Positions 28,513 through 37,688 of a DNA stretch of 64,000 nt are shown here, in pieces. The DNA is from a bacterium (GTDB lineage Bacteria > SAR324 > XYD2-FULL-50-16), in the NCBI GenBank assembly GCA_024275165.1, contig JAJRZQ010000025.1, positions 50,519 to 114,518 of the forward strand, in the 5' to 3' direction. The position numbers were made by a program, and so were the translations under genes. The notes beneath the pieces are model-generated. The model did no database searches and was not told the DNA's origin. It saw only the letters and a program-made list of their open reading frames with translations. How positions within the stretch are numbered: position 1 is the first letter of the stretch; every line of letters starts with the position of its first letter.

Positions 28513-29037
28513 ATGCAAGCTGAGCAAATTCAATTCGGCCAGGGGGTGCGCTTGGGTCAAAACGCCGTTTTAACGGGGCGGGTCACGGTGGGGGAAGAGA
28601 GTTCCTTGTGGCACAATGTGGTGATTCGCGGCGATGTGGAGCCCATTATCATCGGGAAACGGGTCAATATTCAAGATGCCACGGTGCTGCATGGTCAATT
28701 GGGCAAGTACGGGGTCACCATTGGGGATGATGTCTCGATTGGGCATGGGTGCATTCTCCACGGCTGCGAGTTGGCGAGCAATTCCTTTATCGGCATGGGG
28801 GCCATGGTGATGAACGGGGCTTATATCGGTCGCTTCGTGCTGGTCGCCGCGGGGAGCCTCGTCCCCGAGGGGAAACGCTTTGACGAACCCTATACCTTGA
28901 TTATGGGGCGGCCCGCCAAGGTGGCGCGCAAACTCAATGAAAAAGAAATCGCCTTGATTGAAGGCACCCCAAAGCGCTATGTGGGTTACGCCCAACAATG
29001 GTTGCCCCCCACTCCGGAAGAGTATGGGAAGGGATAA
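28513..29037 (+). CDS. Gamma carbonic anhydrase family (YrdA/CaiE-like) hexapeptide-repeat protein
   Basis: VIRGD, NIQD.TVLH, IGH..ILHGC. Confidence 0.9.
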   Translation: MQAEQIQFGQGVRLGQNAVLTGRVTVGEESSLWHNVVIRGDVEPIIIGKRVNIQDATVLHGQLGKYGVTIGDDVSIGHGCILHGCELASNSFIGMGAMVMNGAYIGRFVLVAAGSLVPEGKRFDEPYTLIMGRPAKVARKLNEKEIALIEGTPKRYVGYAQQWLPPTPEEYGKG

Positions 29038-29968
29038 AACCTACGACCAATACAAAAAACATAAATCCCCGAAACTCAAGGGGCTGCGCCATTGGGCGGA
29101 GTTTATCGCCTTAAGGGGCTTAGAGGGCTTTGCCCGTCTTTTTTCCCTCCGGCAAAACCAGGCCTGGGGCCGGGCCTTTGGCCGCCTTGCCTTTAAGCTG
29201 GCTAAAAAAGATCAAGGGATCGCCTTATATCAATTGAAGTTTGCCTTGCCCCATCTCACCGAGGCGGAGCAAAGGGATTTGGCGCGGCAATCTTTTGAAA
29301 ATGTAGGGCAAACCCTCTTTGAAACCTTAGTCATTCACCGTTTTCGCCAAAACCCCAGCCAGTGGATTCATTTAGAAAACGAATCCCTGGTTCACAAGGC
29401 CTTGGCCCAGGGCAAGGGAGCGATTTTTATTTTCGGTCACTTGGGCAACTGGGAACTGCTGCCTCTGGTTTACGAGATGCTGGGGATTGAAGGCTTTGCC
29501 ATTGAAAGCCCCATCGGGGAAGATAAACTCGACGACCTACTGGCAAAAAAGCGCGCCAGCAAAAACATCACCATGATTCCCAGGGGGGATGCCAAGGCGG
29601 CAAAAAGCATTCTCTCTAATTTTCGCAGCAATCGGGTCATGCTCTTTGCCTTGGATCAAGACATGAAGGTCAAGGGGCACTTTGTTGACTTTTTTGGGAA
29701 AAAAGCAGCCACTGCCAAGGGAGCGGCCCATTTGGCGGTGAAGTTCTCCGCCCCCGTAATCGGCGCCTTTGGCCTGCGCCAGCAAGAGGGCACCCACCAA
29801 TATCGCTTTGTCCCCCTCAGCAGCCCCCCCTACCAAGGGGGCGAGCTTGAAGAAATCAGCCTAACCCAAAGCTATACCCAGGCGATTGAAGCACAAATCC
29901 GCCAAGACCTGAGCCAATGGGTTTGGTTTCATCGCCGCTGGAAAACCCGCCCGCAAGAGGAGGGATAA
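29024..29968 (+). CDS. lpxL: Lipid A late acyltransferase (LpxL/HtrB family)
   Basis: GHLGNWE, DQD, FFG, QWVWFHRRWK. Confidence 0.88.
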   Translation: MGRDKTYDQYKKHKSPKLKGLRHWAEFIALRGLEGFARLFSLRQNQAWGRAFGRLAFKLAKKDQGIALYQLKFALPHLTEAEQRDLARQSFENVGQTLFETLVIHRFRQNPSQWIHLENESLVHKALAQGKGAIFIFGHLGNWELLPLVYEMLGIEGFAIESPIGEDKLDDLLAKKRASKNITMIPRGDAKAAKSILSNFRSNRVMLFALDQDMKVKGHFVDFFGKKAATAKGAAHLAVKFSAPVIGAFGLRQQEGTHQYRFVPLSSPPYQGGELEEISLTQSYTQAIEAQIRQDLSQWVWFHRRWKTRPQEEG

Positions 29969-29971
29969 AAC

Positions 29972-30535
29972 ATGTTTCGTTATCTGAGCATTTTTTTTAT
30001 CTTGCTCGCCTTGGTCTTTTGGGGGGTGTTTCGATTGATGAACCGCCCCCAGCCCTTGGGGCTGAATTTGGCAAAAGACCTAGAACAAACGCGGGATTTA
30101 GAGCAGGCCCCCCCCTTGCAGCTTCGCCAGATGGAGCTGTACGAGTTTCAGGAGAATCAAGAATCCTTGCGGATCTTTGCCCAAGAGGCGTTGATTTATG
30201 AAGAGCAGGAAAAAAGTTTTCTCTTTGGGGTACTGGCAAAGATTTACGAAAAAAACCAAGCCAACCCCACTCAGGTCAAGGCACAAAAGGCAAGCCTGAA
30301 CGGAAAGACCGACATGGTCATTTTAAACGGCAAGGTGGAAGTAAACTGGGATCAAGAGAGCTTATTGCAAACCGACATTCTTTTTTACGATCACCAGGCA
30401 GAACGGCTCTTTAACCGCAATAAGGTTTGGCTTCGCTCCCGCTTAGACGAGGTCGAGGGGGATAGCCTGTCTTATGATTTGAAAAAAGGGCTTCTTTTGA
30501 TCCAAAACCCGATCTTGACCTTATTTGAAGGATGA
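29972..30535 (+). CDS. lptC: LPS export protein LptC
   Basis: One N-terminal TM helix followed by a beta-jellyroll-like region; located between lpxL and lptA. Confidence 0.75.
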   Translation: MFRYLSIFFILLALVFWGVFRLMNRPQPLGLNLAKDLEQTRDLEQAPPLQLRQMELYEFQENQESLRIFAQEALIYEEQEKSFLFGVLAKIYEKNQANPTQVKAQKASLNGKTDMVILNGKVEVNWDQESLLQTDILFYDHQAERLFNRNKVWLRSRLDEVEGDSLSYDLKKGLLLIQNPILTLFEG

Positions 30536-31392
30536 AAAAGCTACTGTTCAGCCTCTTTTGTTTGCTCCCCCTAAGCCTTGCCGCCGGGGACAAGGCACGG
30601 ATTACCAGCGAGCGCATGCGGGTGGATAAGGATCAGGGGGTAATGATACTCGAGGGCAAGGTTCGCGGGCTCTTGCGCAATAAGGGAACCAAACTCCAAG
30701 CAGAACGCATGGAACTGAGACGCCCCCCCGAAGGGGGAAAGGTCAATTGGGGCCGCGCGGAGGGGAATTTATGGCTGAGCGAGGAAAACCACCTGGCTTT
30801 GGCCGATTACGCCATTTTTGATGATGCCATCGCCACCACCCACCTTCAGGGGCGGGTCTTTGTCACCACGGGAGAGCTTTTTTTAAAAGGGCATAAGCTC
30901 GATTACCAGTACGAGGTGGATAAGGGCCGACTGGTGGGGAAAAAGCAACCCTGCGAGGTCATCTATCATAAAAAAGACCCGGATTCAACGGGGCAGCGCT
31001 TGCCCGTCGAGGCTTGGGCGGATGAGGTCTTGTTTAACCGCGAGCTTTCCAAGGTGGTTTTGCAGGGGAGAGTGAAGGTGATCTACCAGGGGGATCGGTC
31101 CCAGATGCAGGCGAATCGGGTTACCCTGTATTTTAATGAGCAAGAGGAATTGGAGCGGGTCTTGGCGGAGGGGCATTTTCGCATGACCCAACCCAAGCGC
31201 GCCTCTCGCGCTGCCCGGGCTTTGTTCGACTACGGCCCGCAAACCGTCAAGCTGATGGGGAAGGCCTTTGCGCAAGAGGTCGGGGAAGCGGCGGTGCGAG
31301 GCGAGGTCATTAAAATGCACATGAACGAGGACTTAGGGATTATCGAATCAGGGAGGCATCAGCCAGTGCGGATTGATGTCGACATTAAATAA
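30532..31392 (+). CDS. lptA: LptA/OstA-family protein, apparently two jellyroll domains
   Basis: Signal peptide; two repeats of L.G.V...(Q)G..LQA.R...; 286 aa. Confidence 0.65.
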   Translation: MKKLLFSLFCLLPLSLAAGDKARITSERMRVDKDQGVMILEGKVRGLLRNKGTKLQAERMELRRPPEGGKVNWGRAEGNLWLSEENHLALADYAIFDDAIATTHLQGRVFVTTGELFLKGHKLDYQYEVDKGRLVGKKQPCEVIYHKKDPDSTGQRLPVEAWADEVLFNRELSKVVLQGRVKVIYQGDRSQMQANRVTLYFNEQEELERVLAEGHFRMTQPKRASRAARALFDYGPQTVKLMGKAFAQEVGEAAVRGEVIKMHMNEDLGIIESGRHQPVRIDVDIK

Positions 31393-31426
31393 GCAAAACC
31401 TACCCTGCCAAAAGGAAAAAGCCGGT

Positions 31427-32293
31427 TTAAGGAAAGGCAAAACCCAAAGAAAACTTCTCGATTTTTCGGTTGTAGTCTAACAGGCTTTCCCCATAACCTG
31501 AAAACCTTTGGAGGTACAACTCCACTCCAGGCGCCCTAAGGCCGAAGAAGAAGGCGAGAGGGAGACGCAGGTCCAATTGCGTGGTTTGATAACGAGCGTT
31601 CCACCCCTGGCGGTATTTCAAGAGGGCTCTCCAACTCTCCCCTTGAGCCTGGGCCTTTAGCTCCCCGTGACCTAGATATTGTTGAATATCAGGATTATCC
31701 TGCCCAAAGCTGCCGAAATCGTTTTTTTCTCGGTCCATGACCTGCCAAAGCTTTGCCCCGACCACAAACCTGGCCCCCAAGGCGCGCTCTACCTCGATAT
31801 AAGAGCGATTCCAACTGCGTGAGAGGTTGATTTCTTCCCCCTGGGCCGTAAAATAGGCTTTTTGGCCGTTGGATTCATGCTCCCACAAGCCGAGCCGTAA
31901 AACTCGCCAATCCCCCATCGGGCCGAAATCCCAAAAAAATTGAGGATTATAATTGGCGTCTCGAAAAAGACGGGAGTTTTGTTTGTCCCATAGCTGCCAG
32001 TAAAACCGTTGGGTATAAGCGAAATAAAGCGACTCCCAAAGTTGTTTTTGAAAGCTTAACTGAACCTTCAACTCCGCATCCTTCATGCCTTGGTTCTGCC
32101 CTTCGCCTTGGAGAAAACGAGAATAGAGGATGAAGTTGGGCCGGTAGGCCTGTAAGCTTTGTAAAAAAGGGGAGGGCTCTTGGGCCTGTAAAGGCCGGGC
32201 CTGAAAGAAAAAACAGAGAAAAGCGAACCCGAGCCCGGCCCGCGAAAGCCGCCGCCCCCAGTGGGGCGGCAGAGAAAAACTAATGCCCGCCAC
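31427..32293 (-). CDS. pldA: Outer membrane phospholipase A
   Basis: QLSFQK, YFAYTQ..YWQ, FRDANYNP, catalytic HESNG, SRSWNR, YGESLLDYN. Confidence 0.9.
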   Translation of the reverse strand: MAGISFSLPPHWGRRLSRAGLGFAFLCFFFQARPLQAQEPSPFLQSLQAYRPNFILYSRFLQGEGQNQGMKDAELKVQLSFQKQLWESLYFAYTQRFYWQLWDKQNSRLFRDANYNPQFFWDFGPMGDWRVLRLGLWEHESNGQKAYFTAQGEEINLSRSWNRSYIEVERALGARFVVGAKLWQVMDREKNDFGSFGQDNPDIQQYLGHGELKAQAQGESWRALLKYRQGWNARYQTTQLDLRLPLAFFFGLRAPGVELYLQRFSGYGESLLDYNRKIEKFSLGFAFP

Positions 32294-33323
32294 CGCTTAC
32301 AGCGATGTTGGGGTAAGGGGTTTTATCTGTCCTTGCGGGAAGCACAGGATAAATAACGCGAGGCGCTTTGCCCGTCAAGCTCTTTAAAAAAGCCACGATG
32401 CGGCTGCGTTGCCGAGTCGTTAAATCCACCCCCAATTGTACCTTGGCCATAATGGTTACCGCTTCATCCAAGCGATGCACCTTGCCGGAATGAAAATAGG
32501 GTGCCGTTAAAGCGATATTGCGCAGGGTGGGCACGCGAAATACATATTTATCGGCGGCCTTCTTGGTCACCTTTTGCCGTCCCTTGTCCGCGGGTGGGCG
32601 AACTTGATCGCTCGGGGCCTTGACTACTCCGAATTTGGCGTACATTCCGCCGCCGATTCCCACCCCGTTATGGCAAGAATTACAGCCTTTATCCAAAAAG
32701 AGCTGCAAACCCTCTTTTTCAGCTCGGCTCAAGGCGTTCTTTTTTCCCTTCAGGTAGGCGTCAAAACGGCTTGGGGTATTTAAGGTACTCTCAAACAGGG
32801 CAATGGCCTTGGCCATGTTGTCAAAAGTCACCGATTTTTTGCCGGGAAAGGCTTTTTTAAAGGCCCTGACATAACCGGGCATGCTTTTTAGGGTTTCTTC
32901 CACCTTAGCGGGGCTGTTGTTCATCTCTACCCCAGCTTGCACCGGGCCCTTGGCTTGAGCTTCCAGACTCGGCGCGCGACCATCCCAAAACTGAGCGAGA
33001 TGAAAAACGGAGTTCAATACGGTGGGCGCGTTCCGCGGCCCCTTGGCCCATCCATGCCCAATGCTGGTTTCTTGTAGGTCCGCCCCTCCCAAACCGAGAT
33101 TGTGGCAAGTGTTGCAACTGATCAATTGACTGGCGCTCAAACGGGGGTCGAAAAAAAGCATCTTGCCTAATTCTAAGCGAGCCCGGCTCATTTTATTGCC
33201 TTTCAGGGCCGGGGCCGATTTGGGCAAAGGCTTAAAGGAGGCCTTTGCCTGATCCAATAAGGCATCCGCCTGTAGAGGTAGGGCTAAACACAATAAAACA
33301 AGGCTCAACAGGGTTTTTTTCAT
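32280..33323 (-). CDS. ccp: Di-heme cytochrome c peroxidase
   Basis: Signal peptide, LFFDPRLS, CNTCH, RNAPTV.N, QFWDGRA, CNSCH, FRVPTLRN, APYFHSG. Confidence 0.93.
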   Translation of the reverse strand: MKKTLLSLVLLCLALPLQADALLDQAKASFKPLPKSAPALKGNKMSRARLELGKMLFFDPRLSASQLISCNTCHNLGLGGADLQETSIGHGWAKGPRNAPTVLNSVFHLAQFWDGRAPSLEAQAKGPVQAGVEMNNSPAKVEETLKSMPGYVRAFKKAFPGKKSVTFDNMAKAIALFESTLNTPSRFDAYLKGKKNALSRAEKEGLQLFLDKGCNSCHNGVGIGGGMYAKFGVVKAPSDQVRPPADKGRQKVTKKAADKYVFRVPTLRNIALTAPYFHSGKVHRLDEAVTIMAKVQLGVDLTTRQRSRIVAFLKSLTGKAPRVIYPVLPARTDKTPYPNIAVSGGGH

Positions 33324-33558
33324 ATTCAAACTCTTAAATATTAAAATGGTCTAAAAAAATAAAATATACTCTCCCTTAGGTTTCTTGCCAAGCCCTCTCT
33401 TGCCAGAGGCGGTTTAAAGCCCCTAGACTAACGAGGTAAAACAAAAATTTTCCATGCTTTGACCGCGGTCGAGCCTCCCTCCATGGAGCGCTTCGGTCTC
33501 TTTTGGAGTTGGATTAAAAAAAATCCCCCTCTGGTGGATGCAAACCAAACGATACTTT

Positions 33559-34551
33559 ATGAAATTGTATTTTTTTCTTGTGCTGACTCTGCTCTCGGCC
33601 TGCGACTCCTGGGACACCCCTCGTCGTGTCCATCTCACCATTGGTACCGGAGGCTTGACCGGGGTTTATTATCCCACGGGGCAAAGCATCGCGAAGTTAC
33701 TCAACCAAAAGAAAAAACAACACAACTTAAAGGCCCAGGCCGAATCCACTGCTGGTTCGGTATACAATATCAATGCCCTGCTCGCGGGAGAAATGGAAGT
33801 AGCCCTTGCCCAAAGCGACCGGGTTTATCAAGCTTACCAAGGGGAAAAGGAATGGAAAGAAGCCGGGCCCCAGCGAGAGTTGCGCAGTCTCTTTGCCCTG
33901 CACAGCGAAGTGGTTACCTTGATCGTCTCCAAAGCAAGCGGAATCCAACAATTCCAAGACCTAAAAGGCAAACGAATCAACTTGGGCAACTTAGGCAGTG
34001 GGCAGTTGGCCAACGCTCAAGATGCCCTAAATGCCTTTGGCATTTCAGTCAACGACATTCAGGCAGAATATGTCAAAGCCATTGAGGCCCCGGGACTACT
34101 CCAAGACGAGCGGCTCGATGCCTTTTTCTACACCGTGGGCCACCCCAATGGAAACATCAAGGAAGCGGCAAATGGCCGCCTCCCCATCCGTATCCTGCCC
34201 ATCACGGGGCCGGAGATCAAGTTAATGATCTTAGAACAACCCTATTACAGCCTCGCGGGCATCCCTTTAAAATATTACCAAAAAGGGGCCATGGATGAGG
34301 TGGCGCAGAGTTTTGGAGTCAAGGCCATGGTCTTGACCCGGGCTCAGGTGAGCGACGAGATTGCCTATTGGGTTACCAAGCAAACCTTCGACAATTTAGA
34401 GGAATTTAAGGCAACCCATCCCGCTTTTGCGGGCCTAACGAAGGCAAACATGCTCCAGGGGTTGTTTGCCCCCCTGCACCCCGGGGCAATTCGCTATTAT
34501 AAAGAGGTCGGAATGCGTATTCCTCCGAACCTGCTCCCTCCCCATGAGTGA
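33559..34551 (+). CDS. TAXI-family TRAP solute-binding lipoprotein
   Basis: Lipobox LSAC, IGTGG.TGVYYP.G, STAGSVYN, PLHPGA.RYY. Confidence 0.92.
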   Translation: MKLYFFLVLTLLSACDSWDTPRRVHLTIGTGGLTGVYYPTGQSIAKLLNQKKKQHNLKAQAESTAGSVYNINALLAGEMEVALAQSDRVYQAYQGEKEWKEAGPQRELRSLFALHSEVVTLIVSKASGIQQFQDLKGKRINLGNLGSGQLANAQDALNAFGISVNDIQAEYVKAIEAPGLLQDERLDAFFYTVGHPNGNIKEAANGRLPIRILPITGPEIKLMILEQPYYSLAGIPLKYYQKGAMDEVAQSFGVKAMVLTRAQVSDEIAYWVTKQTFDNLEEFKATHPAFAGLTKANMLQGLFAPLHPGAIRYYKEVGMRIPPNLLPPHE

Positions 34552-36472
34552 ATTGCCGCCAGAGGTCGAATCGACTTCAGCCCCTGTTTTAGGGCTGAAA
34601 ACGAAGTGGCTTTATAGTGGCCTTGCCCTAAGTTGGGCCTTGTTCCAGCTTTCCTTAGCCAGTTGGCTGATTTTGGATTCCCTTGTCGCGCGGGCGATTC
34701 ACTTGAGTTTTGGCCTGTTCTTGGCGTATCTGCTGTACCCTGCCCGAAAAAACGCCCCGGGCTTGCTCTGGATGGATTTGTTTTTTGCCGCGGCCAGCCT
34801 GCCGGTCGCCCTTTATGTGGTGTGGGATTTTCAAGGGCTGGCCTTGCGCATGGGCCGCCCCAGCAGCCTCGACCTAGGGATGGGGCTTTTGCTGGTCGCG
34901 CTTTTACTCGAGGCCACCCGCCGGGCGGTGGGCCTTGCCTTGCCTTTAATCGTCCTGGTAATCTCCGCCTATGGGTTTTTGGGCCCTTGGCTACCCGGCC
35001 CCTTCAGCCTGCGCGGGGTTAGCTTGGCCAAATATGTATCCCAGGTGAGTCTTTCCAGCGAAGGGATTTTTGGGATTCCCTTAGATGTCAGCGCCTCTAC
35101 GATTTTTCTCTTTGTGCTGTTTGGAGCGATTTTAGAGCGGGGCGGAGCCGGTAAATTCTTTACCGACCTCGCCTTGGCTCTCTTGGGCCGGTACAAGGGC
35201 GGCCCCGCCAAGGCAGCGGTGGCCAGCAGCGGCTTGACGGGATTGGTGAGCGGTTCTTCCATCGCCAACATCGTCACCACCGGAACCTTTACCATTCCCT
35301 TAATGAAAAAATCGGGCCTGCCCGCCACCAAAGCGGCGGCCACGGAGGTCGCCGCCAGCACGGACGGCCAACTGATGCCGCCCATCATGGGGGCGGCCGC
35401 TTTTATTATCGCCGAATATGTCAATATCCCCTATTGGGAGGTCGTTAAGGCGGCCTTTATTCCTGCTTTCATCAGTTATTTTGCCCTCTTTTGGTTGACC
35501 CATCTCGAAGCCGGTAAATTGGGGCTCAAGGGCCTGCCCGCGAATCTACTCCCGCAAGCGAAAGCGGTTTTAAAAGAGGGGTACCTGCACCTGCTTCCCT
35601 TAGGCGTGCTGCTTTTTGAATTGATGGTGCTGATGCACAGCCCGAAACTCGCTGTTTTTCGAGCGATTTTAATCGCCTTAGCCTTGATTTTATTGAAACA
35701 TCGGGGGCGACCCGCCGCTTTTGTGTTGATCGCCCAGGGGATGATTCAAGGGAGCCGCAATATGGTCTCTTTGGCCCTGGCTACGGCTGCCGCGGGGATT
35801 ATTGTCGGGGTCGTGGGGTTGGGGATTGGGGGGATGCTCAACAGCTTGGTCGAGGCCTTAAGCGGGGGAAACCTCCTTTTATTGCTCCTGATCACCGCGA
35901 TAGTCAGCCTCATCTTGGGGATGGGGCTGCCCACCACCGCAACCTATATCGTGATGGCGAGCCTGACGGCGCCGGTGATTGTGCATGTGGGAGCAGCGCA
36001 AAACTGGGCGATCCCCCTTTTGGCGGCGCACCTTTTCTGTTTTTATTTTGGTATTTTAGCCGATGACACCCCACCGGTGGGGCTGGCGAGCTATACCGCC
36101 GCGGCCATTGCGGGTTCCGACCCCATTGCTACGGGTTGGCAGGGCTTTTTGTATGATCTGCGTACCGCCATCATTCCCTTTATGTTTGTTCTCAACCCTG
36201 AACTGATCTTGCACGGGGTAACCCATTGGGGCGAGATTTTGCTGATCTTCTTTTTTGCCGCCATGGCCGCCATGGCCTTTACCAGTGCCCTGCACGGCTG
36301 GTGGTTGCGACGGGTCAACCCGGTAGAACGAATCTTTTTATTTGCCGCCAGCTTGTTGCTTTTTTATCCTCAAGTCATGGGATTCGAGCGGATGTTCGGT
36401 TATGGATCGGGGTTGCTGATTTTAGGTTTCGTCTTTACCAGTCAGCGCCGACTTCACCGCGAAAAATCCTAG
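34544..36472 (+). CDS. TRAP transporter 4TM/12TM fusion permease
   Basis: GGPAKAAV, SGSSIAN..TTG.FTIPLMK, GQLMPPIMGAAAF, LGMGLPTTA.Y, ADDTPPVGLA. Confidence 0.93.
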   Translation: MSELPPEVESTSAPVLGLKTKWLYSGLALSWALFQLSLASWLILDSLVARAIHLSFGLFLAYLLYPARKNAPGLLWMDLFFAAASLPVALYVVWDFQGLALRMGRPSSLDLGMGLLLVALLLEATRRAVGLALPLIVLVISAYGFLGPWLPGPFSLRGVSLAKYVSQVSLSSEGIFGIPLDVSASTIFLFVLFGAILERGGAGKFFTDLALALLGRYKGGPAKAAVASSGLTGLVSGSSIANIVTTGTFTIPLMKKSGLPATKAAATEVAASTDGQLMPPIMGAAAFIIAEYVNIPYWEVVKAAFIPAFISYFALFWLTHLEAGKLGLKGLPANLLPQAKAVLKEGYLHLLPLGVLLFELMVLMHSPKLAVFRAILIALALILLKHRGRPAAFVLIAQGMIQGSRNMVSLALATAAAGIIVGVVGLGIGGMLNSLVEALSGGNLLLLLLITAIVSLILGMGLPTTATYIVMASLTAPVIVHVGAAQNWAIPLLAAHLFCFYFGILADDTPPVGLASYTAAAIAGSDPIATGWQGFLYDLRTAIIPFMFVLNPELILHGVTHWGEILLIFFFAAMAAMAFTSALHGWWLRRVNPVERIFLFAASLLLFYPQVMGFERMFGYGSGLLILGFVFTSQRRLHREKS

Positions 36473-36496
36473 CGCGCTCGTTTTTTAGAGGGTTTT

Positions 36497-37075
36497 TCAA
36501 TAAAGACTGCAATAGACAAGCGGCCACATTCCCAGAACAAAATACCAGCCATATCGGGTCATTCTAAATATTTCCGCTTCCGCGGCCCCCCGCAAGCGGG
36601 TACGGATCCAAGCTAGGGCGGTTATGGCACTCAGGGCATGCAGCCCCAGCAAGCAGAGCAATAAACAACAGACGACCGCTTCCTTGTTGGAAATCCAATT
36701 CAGGCTTTGTTGGATCAGCATGACCCATTCATAGCCCTGAAAAAGCATAAAAAAACCGCCGAGCGCCAAGGTATAGCATAACTGTTTTTTCGTTTTTTCC
36801 ACCAAACCCTGAGAGAAAAAAAGCCCCCCAAGCCATAGACTGTACCCGCTATAGAGCAAAATTAGGCTATTGATGCCGGTGGTCCACAGGGGGAGGAAAA
36901 CTTGATCGTTATGCCAGTGGGATTTAGCGGTGGTAAAACTCTGCCGCAGGCCGAGCAGAACCACGAAGAGAATCACCTCTACCGCCAAAAAAGTCAGCAG
37001 GGCCAGCGTCTCGGTGGAGAGGGACGGTTTATAAGGGTCTAAAGAGGGAGTCTCTGGGCTTGGCTTTAAGCTCAT
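36497..37075 (-). CDS. Heme-copper oxidase subunit III-like membrane protein (stand-alone)
   Basis: FLAVE..LF, NSLILL.SG, FQGYEW, GLHAL, WYFV...WP.VY..LY pattern of COX3/CyoC/NorE. Confidence 0.75.
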   Translation of the reverse strand: MSLKPSPETPSLDPYKPSLSTETLALLTFLAVEVILFVVLLGLRQSFTTAKSHWHNDQVFLPLWTTGINSLILLYSGYSLWLGGLFFSQGLVEKTKKQLCYTLALGGFFMLFQGYEWVMLIQQSLNWISNKEAVVCCLLLCLLGLHALSAITALAWIRTRLRGAAEAEIFRMTRYGWYFVLGMWPLVYCSLY

Positions 37076-37230
37076 TTCATTCTCCAGTCCATTTACAGTG
37101 AGTCTACTCCGCTGTTGGCAGAGATTCGGTAGGGCATTTTACCGATTTAAAAAGCATATTTTATTCCTTTCTCGCTTGACCGAAAATTTAAATTAAGATA
37201 ATTTGAAGGCTAAAAATAAATAAACACCTC

Positions 37231-37623
37231 ATGAAATCAACCCTTCCCATTAGCAAAACCTTCGCATTTACAGGCCTTGTCGCTCTGTTACTGGCGTTTT
37301 TTTGCTTTGGGTGGCATTCTTTGCAAAGCTTCAGCAAACAGGGCGCCTATGCATACGCTGCCCCGCAAATGGCTCAAACCGCCCAACCTGGGGAGCATCA
37401 CTCCGAGCAGGCGACTTGCTGTGCGAAAATCCAACATTCCGTCTTTTCTACCTTAACTCAAGTCGAATTGCGTTGGCCTAGCGCTGTTGGGGTAGGGGGG
37501 ATGATTTTTTCTCTGCTCTTTTTTTCCTCTTCTTTTGTTTTCAAGGTTGCCCCCTGGTTATCGGTTCCCCCACCGATTTATGCCCAAGGGTTAGTGCGCC
37601 AAAAAATCCAGCTCAATCAATAA
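37231..37623 (+). CDS. Small membrane-associated protein with an HH/CC motif, leader of the metal efflux operon
   Basis: Hydrophobic N-terminus, GEHHSEQATCC, Pro-rich C-terminus (VPPPIY). Confidence 0.55.
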   Translation: MKSTLPISKTFAFTGLVALLLAFFCFGWHSLQSFSKQGAYAYAAPQMAQTAQPGEHHSEQATCCAKIQHSVFSTLTQVELRWPSAVGVGGMIFSLLFFSSSFVFKVAPWLSVPPPIYAQGLVRQKIQLNQ

Positions 37624-37688
37624 CCCCCCCTCTTAGGCTGAAGGGCGCGGATTCACCGCCCCCTGACTTTGCAACCTAGGAGGAGGCG

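Noticed and set aside
27805-28560. N-terminally extended 251-aa ScpB from the ORF track
   Set aside because: The extension overlaps the divergent gene start and is not ScpB-like. A TTG with an RBS at 28371 gives the normal length of about 190 aa.
37170-37210. CueR/MerR-type promoter for the copper efflux operon
   Set aside because: TTGACC is present, but there is no -10 at 19-bp spacing and no CueR-type dyad, only an AT-rich palindrome.
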